A DNA stretch of 64,000 nucleotides from Octopus vulgaris (GCA_951406725.2 OX597840.1:24304001-24368000); one strand, 5' to 3'; shown: positions 42,173 through 55,926, numbered from the stretch's first letter. Translations and numbers: made by a program. The notes: generated by a model not told the origin, from the sequence alone.

Positions 42173-43741
42173 TTTTTTTCTCCTCTCACCACAAAGTCCA
42201 AATGTTTTTCTTTTTTTTCTTCTTTTTTTTATATTCTATTCCCCAGTTATTTCTGTTGCTTGAAATGCTTAGTGGTATTTCGTCTGTCTTTTTGTTCTGA
42301 GTTCAAATTCCACCGAGGTTGACTTTGCCTTTCATCCTTTCAGGGTCAATAAATAAAGTACCAGTTTCACACTGGGGTAGATATAATCGACTTAATCCCT
42401 TTGTCAGTCTTTGTCCCCTCTATGTTTAGCCCCTTAGTGGGCAATAAAGAAATATATATTTCCATCAACTGTAATCATTGTCAATATCTGAGGGGCTGCC
42501 AATTCCTTTGCAATCCAGGTTTAATTAGAATACAGGATTGGTTTTCTTGCACCCATTCCAGGCAGTGAAGTACAGAAATGCTGCTAATAATCACACACCC
42601 AAAGAAAAACTTTTACAATTCTATAATCGATTTATATAAACAGGGTAATATTTCTTGTGTGTAGCATCTTAGTTTCAACTTAAAGAATATATCATATATA
42701 TTCATGATGTGTTCGATGTAAAATCTTCTTTTATGCTAAATATCCTCTCTGATACTCTGAAATAAAAAAGAAATAATATGAGATATAGAATATACTTGAA
42801 AAGTAAAGATTAAATAATGAAAATTTTATTATGTTTTTATACTGATAAACTGGAGATATAAACCTTTAGCTGGCCAAATAAACGTTAACACGTCAGTCTG
42901 ACAAACAAACAAGGAGATTATAAGGTAGTCATAGGATGTGCTAAAAGTAATAGCTAAGTAGCTCTTAAATCACGCAGCAATTTTAAAAATTTGGTTTTGG
43001 TTTTTGCACAATCCTATGAATTACAAATTCGCAAGAGTTTTCTAAAAATTCCCCAAAAGTTTTGAACCAACAAAGAATTTACGATTTACATCTGCTGTTT
43101 GTTTGTTGAGTGAAGCGGTCTTCGTCCCAGAGCTCGCAAGATGGAATAAGTTGGAAACGTGGTCCTTTGCTATTCGTAAGACCCGCAGAAGAGAAAGCAG
43201 GTCAGCCTCCCCGACACCGAGAGCATCGACGGATGAATGAATGCGCATCCAGGCTTGGCGGTGGCGTAGGAAGTCGGGGGACAAGAAACAAGAAACGGTT
43301 GATGATGATGATGATGATGATATATATATATATATATATTTATTGCCCACAAGGGGATATACAAAGAGGGGACAAACAAGGACAGACATAGGGATTAAGT
43401 CGATTACATCGAACCCAGTGCATAAACTAGTACTTAATTTATCGACCCTGAAAGATGAAAGGCAAAGTCGACCTCAGTGGAATTTGAACTCATAACGTAA
43501 AGACACATGCATTTCGCCCGTCGTGCTAATGTTGCTGCCAGCTCGCCACCTTTAGATATATATATATATAAATATTTTATTTTATTTTATAGAAGGAGCT
43601 TCTACAGTACTAGAACTGTTTCATTCAGATGAAATAGTTCTAATCCTGTAGAAGCTCCTTCTATAAAATAAATTACTTTACTCTGCTATGTATTGAGTAC
43701 CTTATTTACTGTGGTTAACCCCGACTCAACCCGGGACCTAC

Positions 43742-43822
<81 letters not shown>

Positions 43823-45474
43823 TAAAACGGTAAGATAACAAAAGAAATAAAGAAAGAGACCTCAATATTATGTAAATAGAGGAAATTTATCTATAAAATA
43901 ATATGTTACAGTTGCTCAATAGTCAAGATAAAACTCTGAGTTTCAGATGCCGAAGTGGAAATCCACAACACCATCTCTTCGGTTATCTGGCCATCTGAAA
44001 AAACGCTATGAAAAAATACCGTTATATAAAGGGAAATTACTGTATTATAATTCTGCGCGCGAAAACCCACGTGCGTACTTATACGTCACTATGGAAACGT
44101 ACACATCTTCACTCGCATTTTTCGCCAAATATATACGCATATATATACAACCTCATACACACACACACATGCGTACCGTAAAAGTTCATACATACGTCTA
44201 TATACGCACAAACACAAGAAAAACCATGGTTAAAGATAACAGAAAAAAAAACATAAGGAAGTATACAAAGCATAAAAACCACGTTCATATACGGACATGC
44301 CCCTATGCACTCATACACACACACACGCCCATATATGTACATACCCGCACATATTTATATACGTATACATACACACGCATATACAAAAAATGAATATATA
44401 TATGTCCCCCCCCCTCGCTAAAAATGGAAAAATACTAAGTAAAAACGTCTATATATATATATGTGCATTCTTATGCCCGCACACACACATATATATAAAT
44501 ATAGACATATATATGTATATACATATATATGCACATACACACACAAAGGTTGGCGATTACAAAGGAATTTCACAAGGATCATATATATAGTGGAAGCCGC
44601 TTATTGTGATCATTTCCGTACAGCATTGGCCAGCACCTAACAGATGACGTTAAACAAATATAAAGTCTGAACCAATTCATTTTGATAACAATAACCGGCT
44701 GATAACGTTATCCGCTATTCCGATTGACCGCCACTCCATTCCTGCCCAGCCTACATCAATACACAACAAACTACGGCATTTCTATAAATCGCAGTATTTG
44801 CTATACAACGTCTTCAATCAGATCGTATTCCTCTCCAATATATATACATATATATATAATAACTTACCCCTGATGCTTAATAAATAAATAAATATTTATT
44901 TACTTTCGATTTCGTCTCCAAAGAATTGAGGAAACGTGACAAGCCGGAAGTAAGGTTCGTCATGTGACTTAGACTCTTTAATATATGAAACCACAAAGAG
45001 TGCTGCCGACACAAAAGCGAAACTAAGAAGGAAGGGGGAACGTAATATTGTTGTTGACTATCACCATGGTTACTGTATAAGCGGAAGGTGCATGGCTCGG
45101 TGGTTAGCGCATCGGGCTATCAATCGCGAGTTAGTGAGTTCGATTCCCTGGATCTTTTCGTTTTGACTGGCAGATTTTTAAAATAATTTCTTTGTAACTA
45201 AACACTTTTAAACTTAAGTACCAGTTACGCACTGGGGTCGATGTAATCAACTTAATCCCTTTGTCTGTCCTTGTCTGTTCCCTCCTATCTTTTCGGTTTG
45301 AACAGCAGTTTTTAACATAATTTCTAGGTAACTAAACACTTTTAAAGTTCGTATACTGGTAGAATGTTAGTTAGTTAGTTAATGTTAACTAACTAACCAA
45401 CTAACTAACAAATTTGACCTAATTTGCAATTGGGGTTGCTAATAAATCATTTGGATAATTTTTGGTGTTTAATA

Positions 45475-46420
45475 ATCAGAATTCTTTTCTGTTTGGATTC
45501 CAAGTCAATTTTTTTCCACTCTAACGTCTAATTTGATTAATTTTCAAGTTTTAAAAACATGGTGTCTAAATTGGGGCAAAATGAGTCTTTTGGTCTTTCA
45601 TTCGACCTAGATATTTTGATTAAATTTTTTTTTGCATTTCTGTTCTCTCTGGTGTCCAAGAATGGATATTGTTTGTATGAGTCTCAGAATTCTTTTCTTT
45701 GTTTGGATTCCAAGTCAATCTTTTCCCACACTTAATTCGATTAATTTTCAAGTTTTAAAAAAATGATGTCTAAATTGGGGCAAAATGAGTAATGACTAAT
45801 TTCACCAAATTCTTCTCTTGAATTGCATCGTTTGCAATCATATTGGGAAGAGAGTCGCTCCAGTGAATCGTCAAGAAGCTGTAGAGAATTATTTTATGAT
45901 TTTTTAAAATTTAGTTGAATTCCGTTAATTTCATATCATTTGCCATTTTTTACAGACTGTCTTTCATTTGACCAAGATATTTTAATTAAAATTTTTTTTG
46001 CATTTCTGTTCTCTCTGGTGTCCAAGAATGGATATTGTTTGTATGAGTCTCAGAATTCTTTTCTCTGTTTGGATTCCAAGTCAATCTTTTCCCACACTTA
46101 TGTCTAATTCGATTAATTTTCAAGTTTAAAAAAAATGTCTAAATTGGGGCAAAATGAGTAATGACTAATTTCACCAAATTCTTCTCTTTAATTGCATCGT
46201 TTGTAATCATATTGGGAAGAGAGTCGCTCCAGTGAATCGTCAAGAAGCTGTAGAGAATTATTTTATGATTTTTTAAAATTTAGTTGAATTCCGTTAATTT
46301 CATATCATTTGCCATTTTTCACAGACTGTCTTTCATTTGACCAAGATATTTAAAATCTTTGTTGCATTTATGATCCCTCTGATATCCAAGAATGGATATT
46401 GTTTGTATTATGAGTCTTTT
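45475..46420. repeat. AT-rich tandem repeat, period about 365-370 bp, about 2.5 copies
   Basis: GTCTTTCATT(C/T)GACC(T/A)AGATATTT recurs near 45594, 45959 and 46328. Confidence 0.8.
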
Positions 46421-46460
46421 TCAAATGTAATTCTTGAAGAATGAAGAAGGAAATTTACAT

Positions 46461-46626
46461 AAGCGCAGGAGTGGCTGTGTGGTAAGTAGTTTGCTAACCA
46501 GCCACATGGTTTCGGGTTCAGTCCCACTGCGTGGCACGTTAGGCAAGTGTCTTCTACTATAGCCTCGGGCCGACCAAAGTTTTGTGAGTGGATTTGGTAG
46601 ATGGAAACTGAATGATGCCCGTCGTA

Positions 46627-46688
<62 letters not shown>

Positions 46689-46893
46689 TGTGTGTGTGTC
46701 TGTGTTTGTCCCCCTAGCATTGCCTGACAACCGATGCTGGTATGTTTATGTCCCCGTTACTTAGCAGTTCGGCAAAAGAGACCAATAGAATAAGTACTGG
46801 GCTTACAAAAGAATAAGTCCCGGGGTCGAGTTGCTCGATTAAAGGCGGTGCTCCAGCATGGCCGCAGTCAAATGACTGAAACAAGTAAAAGAG
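46461..46893 (+). mobile_element. SINE family A, full length with internal (TA)n/(TG)n
   Basis: Same head and tail as the copies at 25880, 51665, 53230 and 61875. Confidence 0.85.
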
Positions 46894-47114
46894 TATTATA
46901 GTGGTTTACTCATTTTGCCCCATTCTCAAAGAGAACGGCGACAATTTTCTGAAAAAGTGTTTTGGTTATGTTATCAGGTTTTAAAATGCATTTAAAGAAT
47001 GTCATTTGTTTAACTGATATAATTTTTGTAAGGTTGTGAACATTTTTGAAAAATACCCGCAGTAAAAATACCCCGTGAAGTCCCGCCCGCTTCTCTATGT
47101 TATGTAATTTGTGC

Positions 47115-47502
47115 GTGGAGGCGCAATGGCCCAGTGGTTAGGGCAGCGGACGCGCGGTCGTAGGATAGCGGTTTCGATTCCCAGACCGGGCGTTGTGAGT
47201 GTTTATTGAGCGAAAACACCTAAAAAGCTCCACGAGGCTCCGGCAGGGGATGGTGGTGATCCCTGCTGTACTCTTTCACCACAACTTTCTCTCACTCTTA
47301 CTTCCTGTTTCTGTTGTACCTGTATTTCAAGGGGCCGGCCTTGTCACTCTCTGTGTCACGCTGAATATCCCCGAGAACTACGTTAAGGGTACACGTGTCT
47401 GTGGAGTGCTCAGCCACTTGCACGTTAATTTCACGAGCAGGCTGTTCCGTTGATTCGGATCAATCGGAACCTTCATCGTCGTAACCGACGGAGTGCTTCC
47501 CA
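47115..47502 (+). mobile_element. Full-length tRNA-derived SINE family B with 11-bp TSD
   Basis: A box TGGCCCAGTGG, B box GTTTCGATTCC; TSD GTAATTTGTGC at 47104-47114 and 47503-47513. Confidence 0.85.
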
Positions 47503-47906
47503 GTAATTTGTGCAATATTTAAAAATGAGATATGAATTCTTTCATGCTGGGTAAATACAATAATCCGGTAGACTTACACATCGTGCCTTGTGTTTGCAAG
47601 CAATCCTTCCGGCTCGAATACTCCCGGGTGGTTTTGTTTGGAAATCCATATTGCTGGTCTGTGTGAAAAACACAAGGAAAACAAGATGTTGGATGCAAGA
47701 AGTGGAACGAGAAAAGAAACGGAAAAAGCAAGAAAGAAATCCGAGAGTTGCGTCCCTTCGTCCATCGAGGCCAGAGTAAATTCCGTCTCTTGTGGAACAA
47801 TAAACCAGACACACACACAAACACGCGCGCATTCACAGACACTGACACGCACACACACACACACACACGCACACACGTACAAACACACACCATACGCAAA
47901 TTCTCT

Positions 47907-48708
47907 GGCAATCTTTCGTCTCTAGTAGACCTTTCCGTCGATTTCCGTAAAAAACTTCTTTTTTTTTTTTACATATGGGCTTGAGGGAACTTTTGAAGTA
48001 ATGAGAGCGAAAGAGACTAAGAGAAAGCGATTGTATGACGAGGGAAGTTCTTTTGAAGTTACCGTGCATGGGAAGCATTGATGTACATGTGTGTGTGTGT
48101 GTGTGTGTTTGATGGGGTGTGGGTAGACAGACAGTATGTTGTGTAAGTGAAGTGCTTCTGTTAGTGTGTGTGAAGAGACAGAGAGAGTAATGAGTGAAAG
48201 AGAGAGATAACCGAAATTTTTTACTCGGAGTATGTGTATATGTCTTTCTCTTTAGTCTTGTACTTGTTTCAGTCATTTGACTGCGGCCATGCTGGAGCAC
48301 CGCCTTTAGTCGTCGGTCTCTTTTGCCGAACCGCTAAGTGACGGGGACATAAACACACCAGCATCGGTTGTCAAGCAATGCTAGAGGGACAAACACAGAC
48401 ACACAAACATATACACACACATACACATACATATATATATATATACATATATACGACAGGCTTCTTTCAGTTTCCGTCTACCAAATCCACTCACAAGGCA
48501 TTGGTCGGCCCGAGGCTATAGAAGAAGACACTTGCCCAAGATGCCACGCAGTGGGACTGAACCCGGAACCATGTGGTTGGTAGGCAAGCTACTTACCACA
48601 CAGCCACTGTATGTATATTACTTCAAAAGTTCCCGCAAGCCCATATGTAAAAAAAAAAAAATTTTTATGGAAATCGACGGAAAGGTCTACTAGAGATGAA
48701 AGATCGCC
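47907..48708. mobile_element. Merlin-like MITE with a nested minus-strand SINE A (about 48245-48608)
   Basis: About 95-bp TIRs starting GGCAATC and ending GATCGCC; 8-bp TSD AATTCTCT at 47899-47906 and 48709-48716. Confidence 0.8.
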
Positions 48709-48789
48709 AATTCTCTTATTTCTTTATACGTTTCAGCCCAAAGGCCGTGGCCATGCTGGGGCACCGCCTGTTTATTCATCTTTTCAATG

Positions 48790-50508
48790 GCCATTCTTAT
48801 GAGATCAGCTTTCGGTGAAGAAGGGAGTTCGAAACTGCGATATAAGTTCTTCCAGGACCTCCTGCTGTCCAAAGTCCTGGATGAACCTATATCGCAGTTT
48901 TGGACAGCAGGAGGTCAAGTTGTTCCTTGACAACCCCATAAAGATCCTTCAGATGGTTTTTGGCAAGGCCTTAAATAGCTGTGGGCCCTTGAATCCCAGC
49001 CTATTGCTGTACATGGCCCTCACTCTAGACAGGACAGCTGGGACTTTTAGAACCGTACAGTGACGTCCAGTTTGAAGGTGTCAAAGTTTGGTGCCAATTC
49101 CTGCAGGATTTTCCGTACATATACCCCTGCATACCTCTGTAAGAGTTAGCACTTCCTTCTCTAAGCTTAGATTCGAAATCGAATCCAAGAATCATCGGTC
49201 GTCAAAAACCACTGCATCTATTGGCGCGAAATTTAAAGATCCTTTGTTCTGTCAAAAAGTGATCGATCATCTCCTTTTAACCTGCGACCTCAGCCATGTC
49301 AGACGAAGTTCAACTGGACAAGTGCTGACTTACTTAAGTAGTAACTCTGTTGCAGTATGTCTATCTTGCTAGCTGTTTCAAATATTATAAATACAAGGGA
49401 AAAACAGAGAAAGAAACACAATCGGAGCTAACACACCAGCAGACACCCCGCGTTTTGGAGACGACAGAGAAAATGCCTACAGGCTACTGTTTCGAATGAT
49501 TCACGCACACACCCACACACACAAACATATTCATCTTTATTATGTGCTCTATATAAGCAATGCGTAGCATTTGCTTACAATTGTATGTAGTGTATTTATA
49601 ACCCATGGAAATAAATCCCTTTTTAATCACGAAACAATTTATGTATTTATTAATACACACACACATCCACTACACCTCTTTTGTCTTTATTCCAGGGAGT
49701 AGAGTCACAGCTCTTTCAGTCTCTCCCAGAAGCTTAGCTCTTCCCTTCACACAACCTTCCTGGTGTAGTCCCATTGAACTGCCTCGAGTTCTGCAATTAA
49801 TTTGAATCTGTGAGATGATTACAGCCGAGAGCAGTAGTCCAGACAGCTGAGTAAAAAGGTTCTCTGTAGAACCAGCAAAGTTTTCTGGTCCCTTGTTTGG
49901 AAAGTTCTTAGGGTTCATCTAGCCAATAGCCCACACATTGCCACTATTTTGGTGATATATAGGTGGAATAAGGAGGCATCGTTGCTCATATCAATCACCA
50001 GACCAAACACTGAAACAGTTAGAGTTAGGGTTAGGGTTAGCGGTTAGGGTTAGGGTTAGGTTAGAGTTGGGGTTAGGGTAAGGGTTAGGGTTAGCGGTTA
50101 GGGTTATAAATGGTTAGAGGTTAGGGTTAGGGTAAGAGTTAGGGTTAGGGTTAGGTTAGAGTTAGGGTTAGGGTTATAAATGGTTAGAGGTTAGGGTTAG
50201 GGTTATAAATGGTTAGAGGTTAGGGTTAGGTTAGAGTTAGGGTTAGGGTTATAAATGGTTAGAGGTTAGGGTTAGGGTTATAAATGGTTAGAGTTAGGGT
50301 TAGGGTTATAAATGGTTAGAGTTAGGGTTAGGGTTATAAATGGTTAGAGGTTAGGGTTAGGGTTGCTTCTCCTCTTAGCCAAAAGTGTCGTTGTTGTGGC
50401 TTCTGAACACCAATTAGCAGGTAACCAAGGGCTTGGAATTCCCTTGCATTAAATTGCATGCTGTTTTTCTCGGTCCATTTACATATGGCATTTAGCTCTT
50501 TCTGCAGA
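48790..50508 (-). mobile_element. Old CR1/L2-type LINE RT C-terminal relic, interrupted twice
   Basis: Manual translation: LQKELNAICKWTEKNSMQFNA (about 50505-50445); IDMSNDAS...LRTFQTRD...LDYCS...ELEAVQ...SFWERLKEL*LYSLE (50005-49690); GFKGPQLFKALPK (about 49000). Several stops. Confidence 0.7.
50018..50364 (+). repeat. Interstitial telomeric array (TTAGGG)n with 7 TTATAAATGG variant spacers
   Basis: Read directly from the sequence. Confidence 0.95.
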
Positions 50509-50604
50509 AGGCAGATTCCCCTCTCAGGCCTAGTTGCAGCGGTCCTTCAGTTTTTCTAAGCCCTGTAAAAGAACTCGAAAGGTTGGGCCGCCAGCCAGGT
50601 CTTT

Positions 50605-51000
50605 CATGACTGTATGCGTGTGTGTGTGTGACTGTGTGTGTGTGTGTGTGAGAGAGACTGTGTGTGTGTGTGAGACTGTATGCATGTGAGTGTTTGTGTG
50701 TGTGTGTGAATGTGTGCATATGTATATGTGTGTGTGTGTGAATGGCCATGTGTGTATGCATGTGTATGTTTGTGAATGTGTCTGTGAGAGTGTGCATGTA
50801 TGTGTGTGTGTCTGTATGTTTGTGTGTGTGCATGCATGCATATGTGTGTGTGTGTGTCAGTGTGTGTGACTGTGTGTGTGCATGTATGTGTGTGTGTCTG
50901 TATGTTTGTGTGTGTGCATGCATGCATATGTGTGTGTGTGTGACTGTGTGTGTGCATGTGTGTGTCTGTGTGTATGTGTCTATGTGTATGCCTGCATGTA
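50605..51000. repeat. Degenerate (TG)n compound microsatellite
   Basis: Read directly; source of the spurious His/Thr and Cys/Val ORFs. Confidence 0.9.
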
Positions 51001-51472
51001 CACCAGATTTCGTCTCCGTTTCTCTCTTTTCCTATTTTTCCTTCCTTATCTTTAATCTACCCCGTGGGGTGGATGCGGATCCCCTCTCCTCCCCTCCCCT
51101 CCCATCTCCTTTCTCCATCTATTTTCCTCTCACCTCTCCCTCCTACCTCCTCTCTCTCCCCCCTCTCTGTATCCTGCCTCTTCCAATTATAAAAGCATCG
51201 CTTCTCATGCATTTTTCTTTGTCACCTAATTTATTATTCATCACGAATTCCGCCGACTAAACACTAATTAACATCAATTAAACATTTGCACAAGGCCAAG
51301 ACCATAATTATCATTTGCAAATCTTAATTTATCTGCCCAATTTAGTTTTTCTTCCCCAATTATTTTTGTGTCTTTTTTTTTAGCATTAAATATAATACCA
51401 GCAGATAAGAAACCATTTTGTTGCAGATTGTACACACAGACAGACACACACATGCACATGTGTGTGTGTGTT

Positions 51473-51513
<41 letters not shown>

Positions 51514-51597
51514 GTATATATATATGCATGTATACATACATACATATACAAAGATATCTCAAAAATAAATAGAGACCCCTCATTGTATATGTATATT

Positions 51598-51664
<67 letters not shown>

Positions 51665-51667
<3 letters not shown>

Positions 51668-53375
51668 CGTAGGAGTGGCTGTGTGGTAAGTAGCTTGCTA
51701 ACCAACCACATGGTTCCGGGTTCAGTCCCACTGCATGGCACCTTGGGCAAGTGTCTTCTGCTATAGCCCCGGGCCGACCAATGCCTTGTGAGTGGATTTG
51801 GTAGACAGAAACTGAAAGAAGCCTGTCGTATGTATGTGTGTGTGTGTCTGTGTTTGTCCCCTTAGCATTGCTTGACAACTGATGCTGGTGTGTTTATGTC
51901 CCCGTTACTTAGCGGTTCGGCAAAAGAGACCGATAGAATAAGTACTGGGCTTACAAAAAAGAATAAGTCCCAGTGTCGATTTGCTCGACTAAAGGCGGTG
52001 CTCCAGCATGGCCGCAGTCAAATGACTGAAACAAGTAAAAGAGTAAAAAGAGAGATATATGTGTGTGTATAGTGAAGGCACGTGGCTTAGTGGTTAGGGG
52101 CATTCAGCTCATGATCGTAAGGTCATGGGTTCAATTCCCAGTCGCAGATTGTGTCCTTGAGCAAGACACTTTATTGCTGGAACACTGCCTTCAAGTCGAG
52201 CAAATCGACCCCAAGACTTATTCTTTGTAAGCCTAGTACTTATTCTATCAGTCTCTTTTGCTGAACCACTAAGTTACGGGACGTAAACACACCAGCATTG
52301 GTTGTCAAGCAATGCTAGGGGTACAAAGACAGACACACAAACACACACATGCATATATATATATACATATATATGATGGGCTTCTTTCAGTTTCCGTCTA
52401 CCAAATCCACTTACAAGGCTTTGGTCAGCCCAAGGCTATAGTAGAAGACACTTGCCCAAGGTGCCACACAGTGGGAATGAACCCGGAACCATGTGGTTGG
52501 TAAGCAAGCTACTTACCACACAGCCACTCCTGCGCCTATAGATATTTTTTTATTCTTTTACTTGTTTCAGTCATTTGACTGCGGCCATGCTGGAGCACCA
52601 CCTTTAGTCAAGCAAATCAATCGCAGGATTCATTCTTTGTAAGCCCAGTACTTATTCCATCAGTCTCTTTTGAGTTACGGGAATGTAAACACACCAGCAT
52701 CGGTTGTCAAGCAATGGTAGGAGGACAAACAAAACACACACACACACACACATACATACATACATACGACAGGCTTCTTTCAGTTTCCATCTACTGAATC
52801 GACTCACAAAGCTTTGGTCGGCCCAAGGTTATGATGGAAGACAATTGCCCGGAACTGAACTACGTGGAACTGAATCTGGAATCATGTGGTTGGTAAGCAA
52901 GTTACTTACCACATAGCCACTCCTGTGCCTATATATATATATATTTTTTTTTTTTTTTTGTACTTGTTTCAGTCATTTGACTGCGGCCATGCTGGAGCAC
53001 CGCCTTTTGAGTACAGCAGGGATCACCACCTCCTGCCGGAGCCTCGTGGAGCTTTTAGGTGTTTTCGCTCAATAAACACACACAACGCCCGGTCTGGGAA
53101 TCGAAACCGCGATCCTCCGACCGCAAGTCCGCTGCCCTAACCACTAGGCCATTGCGCCTCCACATATATATATATATATATATACACTTTATATATATAT
53201 ATATACACACTTTATATATATATATATATAGGCGCAGGAGTGGCTGTGTGGTAAGTAGCTTGGGCACCTTGGGTAAGCACCTTGGGCAAGTGTCTTCTAC
53301 TATAGCCTCAGGCCGACCAAAGCCTTGTGAGTGGATTTGGTAGACGAAAACTGAAAGAAGCCTGTCGTATATATG

Positions 53376-53406
<31 letters not shown>

Positions 53407-53857
53407 TTGTGTGTCTGTGTTTATCCCCCTAGCATTGCTTGACAACCGATGCTGGTGTGTTTACGTCCCCGTCACTTAGCGGTTCGGCAAAAAGAAACCG
53501 ATAGAATAAGTACTGGGCTTACAAAGAATAAGTCCCGGGGTCGATTTGCTCGACTAAAGGTGGTGCTCCAGTATGGCCGCAGTCAAATGACTGAAACAAG
53601 TAAAAGAGTATATATATATATATATATATGTGGCTGTGTGGTAAGTAGCTTGCCTACCAACCACATGGTTCTAGGTTCAGTCCCACTGCGTGGCATCTTG
53701 GGCAAGTGTCTTCTGCTATAGCCTTGTGAGTGGATTTGGTAGACGGAAACTGAAAGAAGCCTGTCGTATATATGTATATATATGTATGTATGTATGTGTA
53801 TGTATATGTTTGTTTGTCCATCTAGCATTGCTTGACAACCGATGCTGGTGTGTTTAT
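51665..53857. mobile_element. Dense cluster of family A and B SINEs in both orientations
   Basis: Plus copies at 51665-52050, 53230-53608 and 53628-53857; minus copies at 52185-52537, 52550-52930 and 52960-53162. Confidence 0.8.
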
Positions 53858-54988
53858 AAATAATAATAATAATAATAATAATGAAATTATTGTATACAGT
53901 GCTCAGGTGCACCACAACTTGTCAGAAAGTGCATATAAAGTACATGCAGTAGTGTAGAAATGTCTGGGTGTATGGAGGGGAGAAAATCAAGTGTAGTGTT
54001 GGCGAATCTCAGGAAGCATGGAAGTTTTGAAGGATGCAGTGCTCCGACAACTAACAACCGATGTCGGCAGTTTGTTCCATGCTTCAGCAACTCTCAGCGT
54101 GAAAAAATGTTTCCTGAAGTCATGGGAGCTGTGCTGTTTTCTTACTTTGTAAATATGTCCACGGGTGTTAGATGGGTGGAGTTTGAAGAGGTGCTCAGAG
54201 TTATTGTTTGTGCGATGGTTGATAATTTTATGGGTGTCTGCCAAGTCAGCTGCCAGACGTCGGAGTTTCAATGTGTCCATGCCCAGGGAGGTAAGGCGTT
54301 CAGGATATGGCAAATGCCTGATGGAGGGTATTCTTTTGGTTGCACGTCGCTGAACAGCTTCCAGATGATTGATGTCCTGGGCAAGATAGGGGCTCCAGAC
54401 CGGCGATGCAAACTCCAGGTGAGGTCTTACCATAGCTATATGCAGCCGCAGATAGATAGCCGGAGAGCGGCTCACAAAGGATTTGGTGAGTGATGCCAAG
54501 ACACCCTCAGCCTTCTTGACAATTTTAGCGATGTGTTTTGTCCAACGCAAATCGCTGTCGACAATAACACCCAGGTCACGTTCACATGAAGACTTTTTGA
54601 GACTAGTGTTGTGGAGGGAGTAGGTGGACGCTGGGTTTCTCCTCCCAAAATGCATGGTGGTACATTTGTCCACAGCCAGCTTGAGTTGCCAGTCCATGAT
54701 CCACTGCTGCATTGTGTCCAGGTCTGCTTGCAATAGAGATCCATAGTGTATAGGATTTGACCTCTTTATTTCGAGGTACAGCTTGATGTCATCTGCATAT
54801 TTCAGCACTGTGGCATTCTTTAAGTTGGCATCTATGTCATTAACATATGCAACAAATAAAAGGGGGCCAAGAACAGATCCCTGCGGCACACCAGATGTCA
54901 TCTCATAGGGTGAAGAGTGCTGTCCTAGAACTGTGACAACCTCTTTTCGGCCGAAAATAAAGGACTTTAACCAGTTATAGAGTTCGTC
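53858..54988 (-). mobile_element. 5'-truncated CR1/L2-type LINE with an uninterrupted RT C-terminal ORF (53987-54901), inserted in a SINE
   Basis: SGVPQGSVLGPLLF, YADDIKL, ERDLGVIVD, VRPHLEFASPVWSP and FFTLRVAEAWNKLP motifs; (ATT)n tail; the SINE resumes near 54989. A related 3' stub lies at 56065-56162 (+). Confidence 0.93.
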
Positions 54989-55152
54989 TGTCCCCGTTAC
55001 TTAGCGGTTCAGCAAAAAGAGACCGATAGAATAAGTACTGGGCTTACAAACAATAAGCCCCGGGGTCAATTTGCTCGACTAAAGGTGGTGCTCCAGCATG
55101 GCCGCAGTCAACTGACTGAAACAAGTAAAAGAGTAAAGAGAGTATATATATA

Positions 55153-55630
55153 CAGAGGTTGGACAAAATAATGGAAACACCTTAAAATTTCAAACAGATT
55201 TATTTTAATATGGGGTAAGACCGCCTTTGGCAGTAATTACAGCTTGAATTCTACGAGGTATGGACTTGTACAAAGTTTTAATTGTTTCCAAAGGAATTTT
55301 TGTCAATTCTTCAGCTAAAACAGTCTCTAGTTCTTGTATTGATGATGGTGGAGGATATCGACTCTTTACTAGTTTTTTCTAAAATGCACCAATGTTCAAT
55401 AATATTGAGATCTGGGGACTGTGGTGGCCAGATAAGATGTTCAACTTCACTAGAATGTTCCTCGTGCCATTCAGTAACGACTTTAGCTGTGTGAATTGGT
55501 TCGTTATCATCCTGAAAGCTTGCGTTTCCCTCCGGAAACAGTTCCACAACCATAGGATGAATTTGATCCGATAAAATGCTTAAATAGTCTTGACTATTAA
55601 TTCTGCCATGAAGGGAAAGCATTGGGCAGC
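55153..55630 (-). mobile_element. Tc1-type transposon 3' end with TIR
   Basis: TA|CAGAGGTTGGACAAAATAATGGAAACACC terminus; FQDDNEPIH...WPPQSPDLNIIE. Confidence 0.9.
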
Positions 55631-55926
55631 ACAAGAGTATAACAGGGGTCGCCACCACTCCCTGCCGGAGCCTCGTGGAGTTTCAGGTGTTTTCGCTCAA
55701 TAAACACAACACACAACGCCCGGTCTGGGAATCGAAACCGCGATCCTCCGACCGCGAGTCCGCTGCCCTAACCACTGCGCCATACAGCCTCCACTGCTGC
55801 TGTTGTTGTCACAAGTACTGCTGCTGCTGCTGTGTTTTCCAGTCAAACTTAAATACCGTCGACTCAACATTATAACCACCCCGTTTATATACACACTACG
55901 ACCAGATATTTCCATTTATAACAACC

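Noticed and set aside
50018-50364. Chromosome end or end-to-end fusion site
   Set aside because: The array has one orientation only, and both flanks belong to the same LINE relic.
50492-51260. His/Thr- and Cys/Val-rich ORFs
   Set aside because: Translations of a (TG)n microsatellite and a CT-rich tract.
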